Positions 29,175 to 38,795 of a stretch of DNA of 64,000 nucleotides are shown here, piece by piece. Numbering within the stretch: position 1 is the stretch's first letter; each line of letters opens with the position of its first letter. The notes below the pieces were generated by a model. The model was not told the DNA's origin and did not search any database. It was given only the letters and a program-made list of their open reading frames with translations. This DNA comes from Bacillota bacterium (GTDB lineage Bacteria; Bacillota; Dethiobacteria; DTU022). The stretch is from positions 3,696 through 67,695 of the forward strand of contig JBNJHN010000002.1 of NCBI GenBank assembly GCA_051748565.1, given 5' to 3'. A program made the position numbers and the translations under genes.

Positions 29175-31016
29175 GTGTATGAAAGGCATATTTTGATCTG
29201 TGCTGGAACGGGCTGCATTTCGTCGGGTGCCCTGGATATACAAAATGTCCTGGTCGATGAGCTCAAAAAGCACGATCTCGAGGATAAAGTGCGTATCATA
29301 ATGTCAGGATGTCACGGTTTCTGCGAAAAAGGACCGATTTTTATTGTATACCCGGAAGATGTTTTCTACTGCGAAGTCAAAGCTGAAGATGTTCCTGAAA
29401 TAGTGGAAGAATATCTGGTAAATGGCAATATGGTAGAACGGCTGCTATACAAAGATCCTGTTTCTGAAGAGACAGTCATTAACCACGACAAGATAATGTT
29501 TTACAGCAAACAAAAGCGTTTGGCCCTGCGAAACTGCGGTGTTATTGATCCTGAAAATATTGATGAATACATTATCCGCGGCGGCTATATAGGCCTGAAA
29601 AAAGCATTGCAGATGGAGCCGATGGCGGTAGTTAACGAGGTTAAAAGCTCAGGCCTGCGTGGCAGGGGCGGTGCAGGATTCCCTACCGGGATGAAGTGGC
29701 AGTTTGGAAACAGCAGTCCCGGAGAAAAAAAATACGTTGTCTGCAATGCCGACGAAGGAGACCCCGGAGCTTTTATGGACCGGAGTATTCTCGAGGGTGA
29801 CCCCCATGCGGTTCTCGAAGGCATGCTCATTGCCGGCCGGGCGATCAACGCTGACGAAGGCTATATATATGTTCGCTCCGAGTATCCCCTGGCGATTAAA
29901 CGTCTGCGGACCGCCATTACCCAGGCTGAACAATACGGTATGCTTGGAGAAAACATCTTAGATTTCGGCTTTAATTTTAAGGTAAAAATAAAGGAGGGTG
30001 CGGGTGCTTTTGTCTGTGGAGAAGAGACAGCATTGCTTGCCTCAATCGAAGGGAAACGAGGCGTACCCCGCCATCGTCCTCCCTTTCCAGCTATAAAAGG
30101 ACTCTGGGGTAAACCGACAATTATTAACAATGTTGAAACACTTGCCAATGTGCCTCTAATTATGCGCCGCGGAGCAGAAGAATTTGCATCTGTCGGTACA
30201 GAAGGCAGCAAGGGCACCAAGGTTTTTGCCCTGACCGGTAAAGTTAACAACACCGGCTTGGTTGAAGTTCCTATGGGAATCTCAATTCGTGAAGTTGTTT
30301 TTGACATCGGCGGCGGTATCCGCTACGGCAAAAAATTTAAAGCCGCCCAGATCGGAGGACCTTCGGGAGGTTGTATTCCCGATGAGCATCTCGACCTGCC
30401 CATTGATTTCGATTCTCTTACCGCGGCAGGAGCAATGATGGGTTCAGGTGGCCTTGTCGTTGTTGATGAAGATACCTGTATGGTTGATATGGCCCGCTAC
30501 TTTTTGAACTTTACTAAAAAAGAGTCGTGCGGACAGTGTATTCCCTGCCGCCTCGGTACTACACAGATGTATAATATCCTTGAAGATATTACTGAGGGAC
30601 GGGGAAAACCGGAAGATATTGATCTGCTCGAAGAACTGGCCACAGCGGTTAAGAAAGGTTCTATGTGCGGCCTGGGTCAGACAGCGCCTAACCCGGTTCT
30701 GACTACCCTGCGATATTTCCGCGATGAATACGAGGCTCACGTTATGGAGAAACGCTGTCCGGCCCTTGTTTGTAAAGCTCTGTTAAAATATAGTATCGAT
30801 CCTGAAAAATGTATTGGCTGCCAGCGGTGTATTAAGGCCTGCCCGGTTGATGCCATCAGCGGAGAAAAGAAGGAACCGCATATTATTGACCAGGATAAAT
30901 GTACCCGGTGTGCAGCCTGCTTCGAAGCTTGTCCGAAGAAGGTTCGCGCTGTGGAGGTCGTCTCTGAGGGACTGCCTGAAACAATAGAATTAGCAGTAAG
31001 CAAGGAGGGCAAATAA
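29175..31016 (+). CDS. NuoF-like FMN/NAD-binding Fe-S subunit with a C-terminal 2x[4Fe-4S] ferredoxin domain (HndC/FdhB-like)
   Basis: N-terminal 2Fe-2S Trx-like domain (ILICAGTGCISSG), an FMN/NADH-binding core and the SLBB region ending MCGLGQTAP, plus C-terminal CIGCQRCIKACP...CTRCAACFEACP. The likely start is the GTG at 29175 after AAAGGAGAGAGG; the ORF-track ATG at 29133 has no SD. Confidence 0.85.
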   Translation: MYERHILICAGTGCISSGALDIQNVLVDELKKHDLEDKVRIIMSGCHGFCEKGPIFIVYPEDVFYCEVKAEDVPEIVEEYLVNGNMVERLLYKDPVSEETVINHDKIMFYSKQKRLALRNCGVIDPENIDEYIIRGGYIGLKKALQMEPMAVVNEVKSSGLRGRGGAGFPTGMKWQFGNSSPGEKKYVVCNADEGDPGAFMDRSILEGDPHAVLEGMLIAGRAINADEGYIYVRSEYPLAIKRLRTAITQAEQYGMLGENILDFGFNFKVKIKEGAGAFVCGEETALLASIEGKRGVPRHRPPFPAIKGLWGKPTIINNVETLANVPLIMRRGAEEFASVGTEGSKGTKVFALTGKVNNTGLVEVPMGISIREVVFDIGGGIRYGKKFKAAQIGGPSGGCIPDEHLDLPIDFDSLTAAGAMMGSGGLVVVDEDTCMVDMARYFLNFTKKESCGQCIPCRLGTTQMYNILEDITEGRGKPEDIDLLEELATAVKKGSMCGLGQTAPNPVLTTLRYFRDEYEAHVMEKRCPALVCKALLKYSIDPEKCIGCQRCIKACPVDAISGEKKEPHIIDQDKCTRCAACFEACPKKVRAVEVVSEGLPETIELAVSKEGK

Positions 31017-33688
31017 TGTCAGAGCTAATCACTCTCACCATAGATGACCTGGAGGTTCAAGCTGCTCCCGGCACCTCCATTTTAAGAGCAGCCCTGGATA
31101 ACGGAATATATATTCCCCATCTGTGCGATCACCTAGATCTAACTTCAGTTGGTATCTGCCGGGTCTGCCTGGTAGAGATCGAAGGGCGCCGTCCCACGGT
31201 TTCCTGCATGACCCCTGTTGAAGAGGGTCTGATCGTGCGCACCGCCAGTGAGGAATTGGATAAAACCCGCAGACTCAACCTGGAATTGTTAGTCCTAAAC
31301 CACGATTACGACTGCCAGAACTGTGCCAAGAACAGCAAATGCCAACTGCAGGAATTGACCCGTTTTATCGGCCTTGATGAAGATCGGATCAATTCAATGC
31401 GGAAACCTGAGCTTGCTATGCCTCTGGATGATTCCAACCCTTACTACCTGCGAGATATGAATAAATGTGTTTTATGCGGTATTTGTGTGCGAACCTGCGA
31501 AGAAATTCAGGGTGATGAATGTATCGATTTCACTTTTCGCGGAATTGAAACCAGGATCGGTGTGCTTGGTGATAAGCCAATCATAGATTCCACCTGTGTA
31601 ACCTGCGGAGAATGCGTTGTCCGCTGCCCGGTTGGCGCCTTGATTCCCCGGGAAGCGGTTGAACCAACTTATGAAGTCGAAACGGTATGCCCCTTCTGTG
31701 GTTGTGGCTGCGGTATATTAGTCGGAGCCAGGGGCGGCAAAATTGTCAGCTCAACAGCAGTCGATGATAGCCCATCAAGCGGCGGCAGTCTTTGCGTCAA
31801 AGGGCGTTTCGGACTTGGCTTTGTCAACTCTCCGAAGCGTTTGACAACACCGTTGATTCGCAAAGAAGGCAAACTGGTAGAAGCGAGCTGGGAAGAAGCA
31901 CTCAGCTTAGTGGCGGGAAAGCTTGGCCAGTATAAGGGCGGTCAGTTTGCCACTATTGCTTCTGCCAAGTGCTCCGTTGAAGATAACTATGTGTTGCAAA
32001 AATTTACGAGGGCAGTGATGGGAACAAATAATATTGATCACTGTGCCCGTCTCTGACACGCTCCCACAGTGGCCGGTCTGGCCACTACATTGGGAAGCGG
32101 TGCGATGACCAATACCATTTCTGAGATTGGAGACGCTGCATGTATCATAGCAATCGGCACCAGCACTACTGAAGCGCACCCGATTGTCGGCTACCAGGTT
32201 AAAAAAGCAGTTCGGCAGGGGGCAAAGTTAATTGTTGTCAACCCGCAGGAAGTTCCCCTGGTCCGTTTTGCCGATATATTCCTCCAGATAAAACCGGGCA
32301 GTGATGTGGCTCTTCTGATGGGTATGGCCAGGGCGATTATCGAAGAGGAGTTGCATGATCAAAAATATATTGAAGAGCGCTGTGAGGATTTTGATAAATT
32401 TAAGCAGTCCCTGGAAGAATACGCACCTGATTTTGTCAGCGATATTACCGGTGTTCCCTGGGAAAAGATAGCAGAAGCGGCTAAAATGTATGCTCAAAAT
32501 AACCCAGCATCGATTTTATACTGCATGGGTATAACCCAGCATTCACACGGCACTGATAACGTTATGGCCATAAGTAACCTGGCCCTGATCACCGGCAACC
32601 TGGGTCGTGCTGCAAGCGGGGTTAACCCCCTGCGTGGACAGAACAATGTCCAGGGTGCCTGCGATATGGGCTCACTGCCCAATGTTTTTACCGGTTATCA
32701 AAAAGTTGATAATCCTGAGGCTCGTGAGAAATTTGAGAAAGCCTGGGGTGTATACCTGAGCGGAGAGCCGGGTCTTACCCACACCGAGATTTTTGACGCA
32801 GCTTACAAAGGAGATATAAAAGCCCTTTACCTGGTTGGCGAGAACCCGGTTCTTACCGAAGCCAATGCTGCCCATGCGCAGGAAGCGATGGAGAAACTGG
32901 ACTTTTTAGTCGTTCAGGATATCTTCCTTAACGAGACTGCGGCTATAGCTGATGTGGTCCTGCCGGCAGCATCATTAATTGAGAAGAACGGTACTGTGGT
33001 TAATACTGAAAGACGAGTACAGCGTATACGCAAAGTAATTGAACCGGTTGGAGAGGCAAAGCCTGACTGGTGGATAGTAAGTGCCATTGCCAACGAAATG
33101 GGTGCGGAAGGTTTTGCATATAACAGTGCTGAGGAGATCTTTAAAGAGGCTGCTTCTCTTACTCCAAGCTATGCAGGTATAAACTACGACAGATTAAAAG
33201 AGGGAAGTATTCAATGGCCCTGTCCGACGGAAGATCATCCCGGGACACCAATTCTGCATACCGAGAAATTTAACACTCCTTCGGGCAAAGGCAAACTGGT
33301 ACCGATTGTATACAGACCCTCGGAAGATTGCTGTGATTTCGATTTTCCACTGGTCCTGACCACGGAACGCAACCTTTACCAGTACCACAGCACTATGACC
33401 CGCTACTCCGAAGGGCTGGATGAACTGAGCGGTGGCGAACATATTATGATCAATCCGATTGACGCTGAAAAGATGGGTATATCTGACGGCGAAATGGTTG
33501 AAGTGAAATCGCGTCGTGGTGAACTAAAAGTTAAAGCAAAAATTACCCGGCGCAGTCAGAAGGGTGTCGCTTCACTCAGTTTCCACTTTGCTGAATGTCC
33601 GACCAACCTGCTGACCAGTGCGGCCCTGGACCCGGTATCAAAAACGCCCGAGACCAAGGTGTGTGCCATCAGTATCGAAAAAGCCTGA
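31016..33688 (+). CDS. fdhA: formate dehydrogenase alpha subunit, selenocysteine-containing (in-frame UGA at 32054-32056)
   Basis: The ORFs 31016-32056 and 32069-33688 are in the same frame, separated only by a TGA. The context IDHCARL-U-HAPTVAG matches the FdhA/FdhF Sec active site (ARV-U-HGPSV). The N-terminus has NuoG-like 2Fe-2S/4Fe-4S domains and the C-terminus has the molybdopterin and MGD-binding domains. Confidence 0.85.
32068..32086 (+). other. bacterial SECIS-like hairpin (AGTGGCC-GGUCU-GGCCACU) 12 nt downstream of the fdhA UGA
   Basis: 7-bp perfect stem whose apical loop contains GGUCU, resembling the E. coli fdhF SECIS apical loop. Confidence 0.5.
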
Positions 33689-33711
33689 ATAAGTGTATTC
33701 ATTATATTTCA

Positions 33712-33770
33712 GGGGGGAGTTTCCCGGTCAGGAGAACTCCCCCCTTCTTTTTCATTTTTTTATCCGCCAT
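33712..33770 (+). terminator. rho-independent terminator of the fdh operon
   Basis: GGGGGGAGTT...AACTCCCCCC 10-bp stem followed by TTCTTTTTCATTTTTTT. Confidence 0.6.
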
Positions 33771-33777
33771 TACCTCA

Positions 33778-34598
33778 TCATGAACATGAATAAGAAAGGG
33801 ATGAAAGTATTAATCGATAGAAATCGGCACAGGTGCAGCAGAGATACCTTATATTGTCTGCAACAGTGATACCGATGAAGACTAAAAGCAGGTCTAACAA
33901 GCGCGGCGAAAGTTTGCTTACCGGCACATCGGCCACCGAAATAGAGGCCACGAATATAGTTGATCCAACCAGCAGGCCGGCAGGAACCCCCAGCCATTCC
34001 AACAGCAGGCCACCCACTGAAGCTATTAATAAGGTTATCAGAATTCTAAACCAGGATTCTCTAAATGAAAACATGATGCTGGAAAGTGCCTTCTGATTAA
34101 AATATTTGTTGGATCAATTGCCGTATAATCCAGTTATCTTAAGGAAAGTTATACCGTCAAAATTAATCCTTTTTTTGACGGGGGCAATGCTGTTGTTACA
34201 CTGGCTCTTTGGCGGTTTTTTTGAACTGCGGGTTTCCCGTTCCTCGAGCCATTTAAGCAGTAATGGAAAGATTAGGATAGTGCCAAGCATCCGAATCATA
34301 TGCATGACGATAATCACTGTAACTCCTGCACCGGAAGCAAGGGCGATAACAGTTATCTCGGGCAGACCACCCATACTTGCCGAAAGCATTGCCGTGTAGA
34401 GAACCATCGCGGAATAACAGGTCAAAAAAACCCGATCAAAAATACTATTGAAAGAGCCCATGCGATAATTATGACTGCTGAGACAGCCATGGGCTTGAGT
34501 TCGCGCACCGTGTTCCTATTCAGCATTGAGCCAACAAATATGCCGATAATAATCTGTGTTGCAGGAAATAAAAAATCAGGTGAAGTCGGTAGTTCCAC
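33778..34598 (-). pseudogene. AbrB-family (putative ammonia monooxygenase-like) membrane protein gene disrupted by frameshifts
   Basis: Three successive minus-strand frames carry AbrB-like membrane segments (…SMGGLPEITVIALASGAG…; …SVGGLLLEWLGVPAGLLVGS…). The frame changes fall at homopolymers: A7 at 34424-34430, T7 at 34216-34222 and T7 at 34170-34176. Confidence 0.35.
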
Positions 34599-34821
34599 CT
34601 ATTATATTATATCACTTGCAAGCTTACTCTTCCCATCTGCCCTGCTTCGTTCACACTGAACTATATTAATTTCCCGCCGTCCACACTAATTTAAAATGAC
34701 AATCTTTCCTATGTCATTCAATTTGTCAGTAATAATTTCCGGGTGAGCAGTTTAAATAATATGATATAATTAAACCTGCCCGGTCATAAGCAGTCGGAAG
34801 AGAGGCAGGAATTGCAGCTTT

Positions 34822-35499
34822 ATGTTTCCTTTACGCGATACAATTACTTATCACGGCACCACTCTTGCTACAATCGGCCTGATAATTCTAAATGGTATTG
34901 CTTTCTTATATCAGTTTTCTCTGGGGATTGATGCGTTTCCGGAGATATTTTTTACTTTTGGTTTCACTCCCGAACTTTTCTTTCAGGATCCCATTGGTGA
35001 ATATTGGACTATATTCACAAGTATGTTTGTTCACGGTTCATTTTTCCACCTGTTGAGTAACATTTGGTTCCTCTGGGTATTTGGCCCTGCTGTTGAAGGC
35101 CGGCTCGGATTCTTCCGCTTCATGTTTCTTTATCTGCTTGCAGGCATTGCTGCTGCACTTATGCAGGGTTTATCACTGCCTGAGAGCACGATTCCCATGG
35201 TCGGAGCCTCCGGGGCCGTATCAGGCATTCTTGGCGCCTATCTGATCCTATTTCCCCGGGCCAGAGTGCTAACTATCATTCCGCCTTTATTCTTCTTTTT
35301 CTTCTGGCTGCCTGCGCCGATATACTTAGGTTATTGGATATTGATCCAATTTGTTTATGTTTTTTACGAGGTGGTTGGTATAGCCTGGTGGGCTCATATC
35401 GGAGGGTTTTTTCTCGGCCTGGTGCTGGTCTTGATTATGAGACCCAAAAGGCATTACCGCGCCGACCCCTTTTGGGAATGCTGGCGGGACTACTGCTAG
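34822..35499 (+). CDS. rhomboid family intramembrane serine protease
   Basis: GASGAVSGILGAY (GxSG) motif and the catalytic His in AHIGGF, with 6-7 TM helices. Confidence 0.8.
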   Translation: MFPLRDTITYHGTTLATIGLIILNGIAFLYQFSLGIDAFPEIFFTFGFTPELFFQDPIGEYWTIFTSMFVHGSFFHLLSNIWFLWVFGPAVEGRLGFFRFMFLYLLAGIAAALMQGLSLPESTIPMVGASGAVSGILGAYLILFPRARVLTIIPPLFFFFFWLPAPIYLGYWILIQFVYVFYEVVGIAWWAHIGGFFLGLVLVLIMRPKRHYRADPFWECWRDYC

Positions 35500-35566
35500 C
35501 CGGTCTGGAAGAAAGGGCTTTTGGATATTTGTCAACAAATCGATCTGAAGCAAGGAGGTCACTTTT

Positions 35567-36400
35567 ATGGAGAATATTTCTCAACTTTTCTGGCTATTCA
35601 TAATTATTATGGCGCTGACGCCCTACCTGCAGCAGCAGATCCTGCGCTCTGCACGCACTCGTAAGATAATTGAGCTTGAGCGCAAGCGCGGCAGTCGCGT
35701 TATCACCCTGCTTCACCGCCAGGAAGCGGTAAGCCTGCTTGGTATACCGTTGACACGTTACATTAATATTGAAGATTCGGAGCAGGTATTGACGGCTATT
35801 CGTCTGACTGATAAAGATGTACCCATTGATTTGATTGTCCATACTCCCGGCGGTTTGATCCTTGCATCCGAGCAGATTGCCGAAGCCCTATTGCGTCACC
35901 CCGGAAAAGTTACTGTCTTCGTGCCCCATTATACAATGTCCGGTGGTGCGCTCATAGCTATGGCTGCTGATGAACTGGTCATGGATGAAAATGCTGTCAT
36001 TGGCCCGCTCGATCCCCAGCTTGGCCAATATCCTGCCGCTTCACTGGTTAAAGTCCTCGAATCAAAAGAAATGAAAGATATCGATGACCAGACCATCATA
36101 CTGGCAGATGTTGCCAGTAAAGCCTTGCGTCAAGTGAAGAGTACTGTTAAATGTCTGCTTGCCAAGCATATGGACGAGGAGAAGGCTGAAGAAACTGCTG
36201 AAATACTAACCCAGGGGATCTGGACTCACGATTACCCAATTGATGTTCAGCAAATTGCCGAGTTAGGTATTAATGTAAACACCAATATGCCTGCAGAAAT
36301 TTACAACTTAATGAGCATGTACCCTCAGCCACGCACAGCCAGGCCGAGTGTTGAATACAGCCCCGGCCCGGTTTACCCTTCGGGTCCGAGTGACAAATAA
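35567..36400 (+). CDS. ClpP-class membrane-anchored serine protease (SDH/S49-like family)
   Basis: N-terminal TM, then a ...VHTPGG...TMSGGALIAMAAD... ClpP/S49-like fold. AGGAGG SD. Confidence 0.6.
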   Translation: MENISQLFWLFIIIMALTPYLQQQILRSARTRKIIELERKRGSRVITLLHRQEAVSLLGIPLTRYINIEDSEQVLTAIRLTDKDVPIDLIVHTPGGLILASEQIAEALLRHPGKVTVFVPHYTMSGGALIAMAADELVMDENAVIGPLDPQLGQYPAASLVKVLESKEMKDIDDQTIILADVASKALRQVKSTVKCLLAKHMDEEKAEETAEILTQGIWTHDYPIDVQQIAELGINVNTNMPAEIYNLMSMYPQPRTARPSVEYSPGPVYPSGPSDK

Positions 36401-36418
36401 TTAGAAGGAATAATATTA

Positions 36419-37963
36419 TTGACCGATCAAATTGACCTTTCAAAAATGGAGAAGAAAATTATCATCCGCGTCGTTGAAGAAAAAGATCTCGACGCTATAG
36501 TGGAGCTGAGCAAAATCTGCTTCCCCAACATGGAGCCGTGGGCCAGGGAGCATCTAAAGAGTCATATAGATATTTTTCCAGAAGGTCAGTTTTGTGTAGA
36601 ATATGATGGACTGATTATCGGAGCATCCTCGAGTCTGATAATCGATTTTAATGAGTATGAGGATCGACACACCTTTGATGAAATTACTGACAACGGTTAC
36701 ATAACAAATCACGATCCCCATGGTAAGCATCTGTACGGCATATCGATCATGGTCCATCCGGATTTTCGACGTCTCCACGTCGGTACCCGGATCTACGAAG
36801 CGCGCAAAAAGTTGGTTCAGCGTCTGAATTTAAAAAGTTTCCTCGTCGGAGGACGCATTCCTTTTTATCACAAGTATGCTGACCGCATGACTGCCGCGGA
36901 ATATGTTCAGCAGGTCATCCAGCAGAAGATATATGACCCTGTTCTAAGCTTCCAACTGTTGAACGGCTTTAAACTTAAATGGGTTAACCCTCATTATCTT
37001 GACGACGATAAAGCTTCTCTTAGCTATGCTGTTTTGCTTGAATGGAGCAATGTGGACTACCTGCCCCGATCCAGGAGGCTTTACCTGCGTGCATTTCCTG
37101 TGCGTATCTGTACTGTGCAGTATATGCTTAAAAAAATAAGTTCCTTCGAAGCCTTTGCCAGCCAATGTGAATATTATGTGGATGTTGCTGCACTTGACGA
37201 ATCCGACTTTGTTGTTTTTCCTGAAACTTTTACCTTGCAGCTGCTTTCGTTTCTTGGTGAAAGTGTGCCCAGCCTGCAGGTGCGGCGCCTGGCCGGGTTT
37301 ACTGAACAATATATCGAACTATTCAGCACTCTGGCTGTTAAACACAATGTTAACATAATAGGTGGTTCCCATTTTGTAGAAGAAGATGAGTTAATCTATA
37401 ATGTGAGCTACCTGTTTCGCCGTGATGGGACCATTGACCGCCAGTACAAACTGCACATAACTCCCGATGAAAAAACCTGGTGGGCAATTCAACCCGGAAA
37501 AGAGCTTAACATTTTCGATACCGACTGCGGCAAAATTGCTATCCTGATTTGTTATGATATACAATTCCCCGAACTGTCCCGCCTTGCTGTTGATCGCGGG
37601 GCCCGCATGATTTTTACCCCGTTTTGTACTGATGACCGCCAGGGTTACCTGCGGGTGCGCTACTGTGCCCAGGCGCGGGCCGTCGAAAATGAGATTTACA
37701 CTGTTATATCCGGCACTGTGGGCAACCTGACCCACGTGCCGCGCACAGATACCATGTATGCTCAATCAGGCATCTTCTCACCGTCTGACTTTACATTCTC
37801 CCGGGACGGCATTGTCGGCGAGTGCAGCGCAAATATCGAAACTATCGTCATCGGTGAAGTAGATTTAGAAATCCTCAGGCGCAATCGCATCACTGGAACA
37901 GTTACCCACCTGAAAGATCGACGCAAAGACTTATACAAAATAATAGAAAAAACGCCTGAATAA
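36419..37963 (+). CDS. bifunctional GNAT N-acetyltransferase / carbon-nitrogen hydrolase (nitrilase superfamily) protein
   Basis: N-terminal acetyltransferase fold. The C-terminal domain has the E-K-C triad context (FPETF...; ILICYDIQFPE with the catalytic Cys). TTG start. Confidence 0.72.
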   Translation: MTDQIDLSKMEKKIIIRVVEEKDLDAIVELSKICFPNMEPWAREHLKSHIDIFPEGQFCVEYDGLIIGASSSLIIDFNEYEDRHTFDEITDNGYITNHDPHGKHLYGISIMVHPDFRRLHVGTRIYEARKKLVQRLNLKSFLVGGRIPFYHKYADRMTAAEYVQQVIQQKIYDPVLSFQLLNGFKLKWVNPHYLDDDKASLSYAVLLEWSNVDYLPRSRRLYLRAFPVRICTVQYMLKKISSFEAFASQCEYYVDVAALDESDFVVFPETFTLQLLSFLGESVPSLQVRRLAGFTEQYIELFSTLAVKHNVNIIGGSHFVEEDELIYNVSYLFRRDGTIDRQYKLHITPDEKTWWAIQPGKELNIFDTDCGKIAILICYDIQFPELSRLAVDRGARMIFTPFCTDDRQGYLRVRYCAQARAVENEIYTVISGTVGNLTHVPRTDTMYAQSGIFSPSDFTFSRDGIVGECSANIETIVIGEVDLEILRRNRITGTVTHLKDRRKDLYKIIEKTPE

Positions 37964-38003
37964 GGCCGCAGGTGAGCAGTTTTCATGGATGGAGATAAAA
38001 TAG

Positions 38004-38744
38004 ATGAATGATATTTTACAGATTACTTTAATAGGGTTTGCTGCAGGAACGATTGGCACCGGATCAGGAGCGGTTATTGCATTGTTTGTAAAAAACCCCA
38101 GCAAGGCGCTGCTTGGTTTTATCCTGGGTTTTGCCGGGGGGATTATGCTGGCAATTGTTCTGACGGATCTACTACCTGAGTCAATGGAAGCAGGTAGTTT
38201 TTTTACGGCTTTTATAGGCCTTCTGGTTGGCGCTGTATTCATTCTTGCCCTGGATTTAAGGATGCCGCATTTCCATTTTTTTGAAACAACTGAAGAGCTT
38301 GCTCGTTATATACGGACCGGGACTATTCTCGGTCTTGGAATTGCTATGCATAATTTGCCGGAAGGTATTGCTATCGGGGCCAGTTATGTTGCATCCCCGG
38401 CTCTTGGTTTTTCACTTGCTTTTACTATTGCCCTTCATAATATACCGGAAGGAATTGCCATGGCCTGCCCGCTTTGTGTCGGCGGTATGCGGTTGCGCTG
38501 GATCTTGTTTTATACCGCTATGGCAGGTTTACCGATGGGCCTGGGGGCATTAATAGGAGCAAGCATTGGTGCGATTTCTCCAGTGGTCCTCTCGCTGTCA
38601 CTCGGTTTTGCGGGGGGGGCGATGCTCTATATTATTTTCGGGGAATTAATTCCCGGTGCGCAGAATTCCGGAAGCGGACATTCAGGTACTTTTGGTGCTG
38701 TCTTCGGTACTATCGCCGGTATCCTATTGCTTACATTGTTCTAA
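38004..38744 (+). CDS. zupT: ZIP family metal transporter (ZupT-like)
   Basis: Two HNLPEGIA motifs and 8 TM helices. Confidence 0.85.
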   Translation: MNDILQITLIGFAAGTIGTGSGAVIALFVKNPSKALLGFILGFAGGIMLAIVLTDLLPESMEAGSFFTAFIGLLVGAVFILALDLRMPHFHFFETTEELARYIRTGTILGLGIAMHNLPEGIAIGASYVASPALGFSLAFTIALHNIPEGIAMACPLCVGGMRLRWILFYTAMAGLPMGLGALIGASIGAISPVVLSLSLGFAGGAMLYIIFGELIPGAQNSGSGHSGTFGAVFGTIAGILLLTLF

Positions 38745-38795
38745 AGATTGACTATTGATTGCTGTCACTTAATAAGTTGAAGGAGTTGATTAAAA

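Noticed and set aside
31016-32056. Reading the two fdhA pieces as a frameshifted or nonsense pseudogene
   Set aside because: They share a frame, are separated by a single TGA at the canonical Sec position, and have a SECIS-like hairpin downstream. A selenoprotein is the better explanation.
33833-34659. Plus-strand ORFs 33833-34096, 34106-34399 and 34300-34659
   Set aside because: They are antisense to the AbrB-family membrane-protein remnants, which carry the recognisable motifs.
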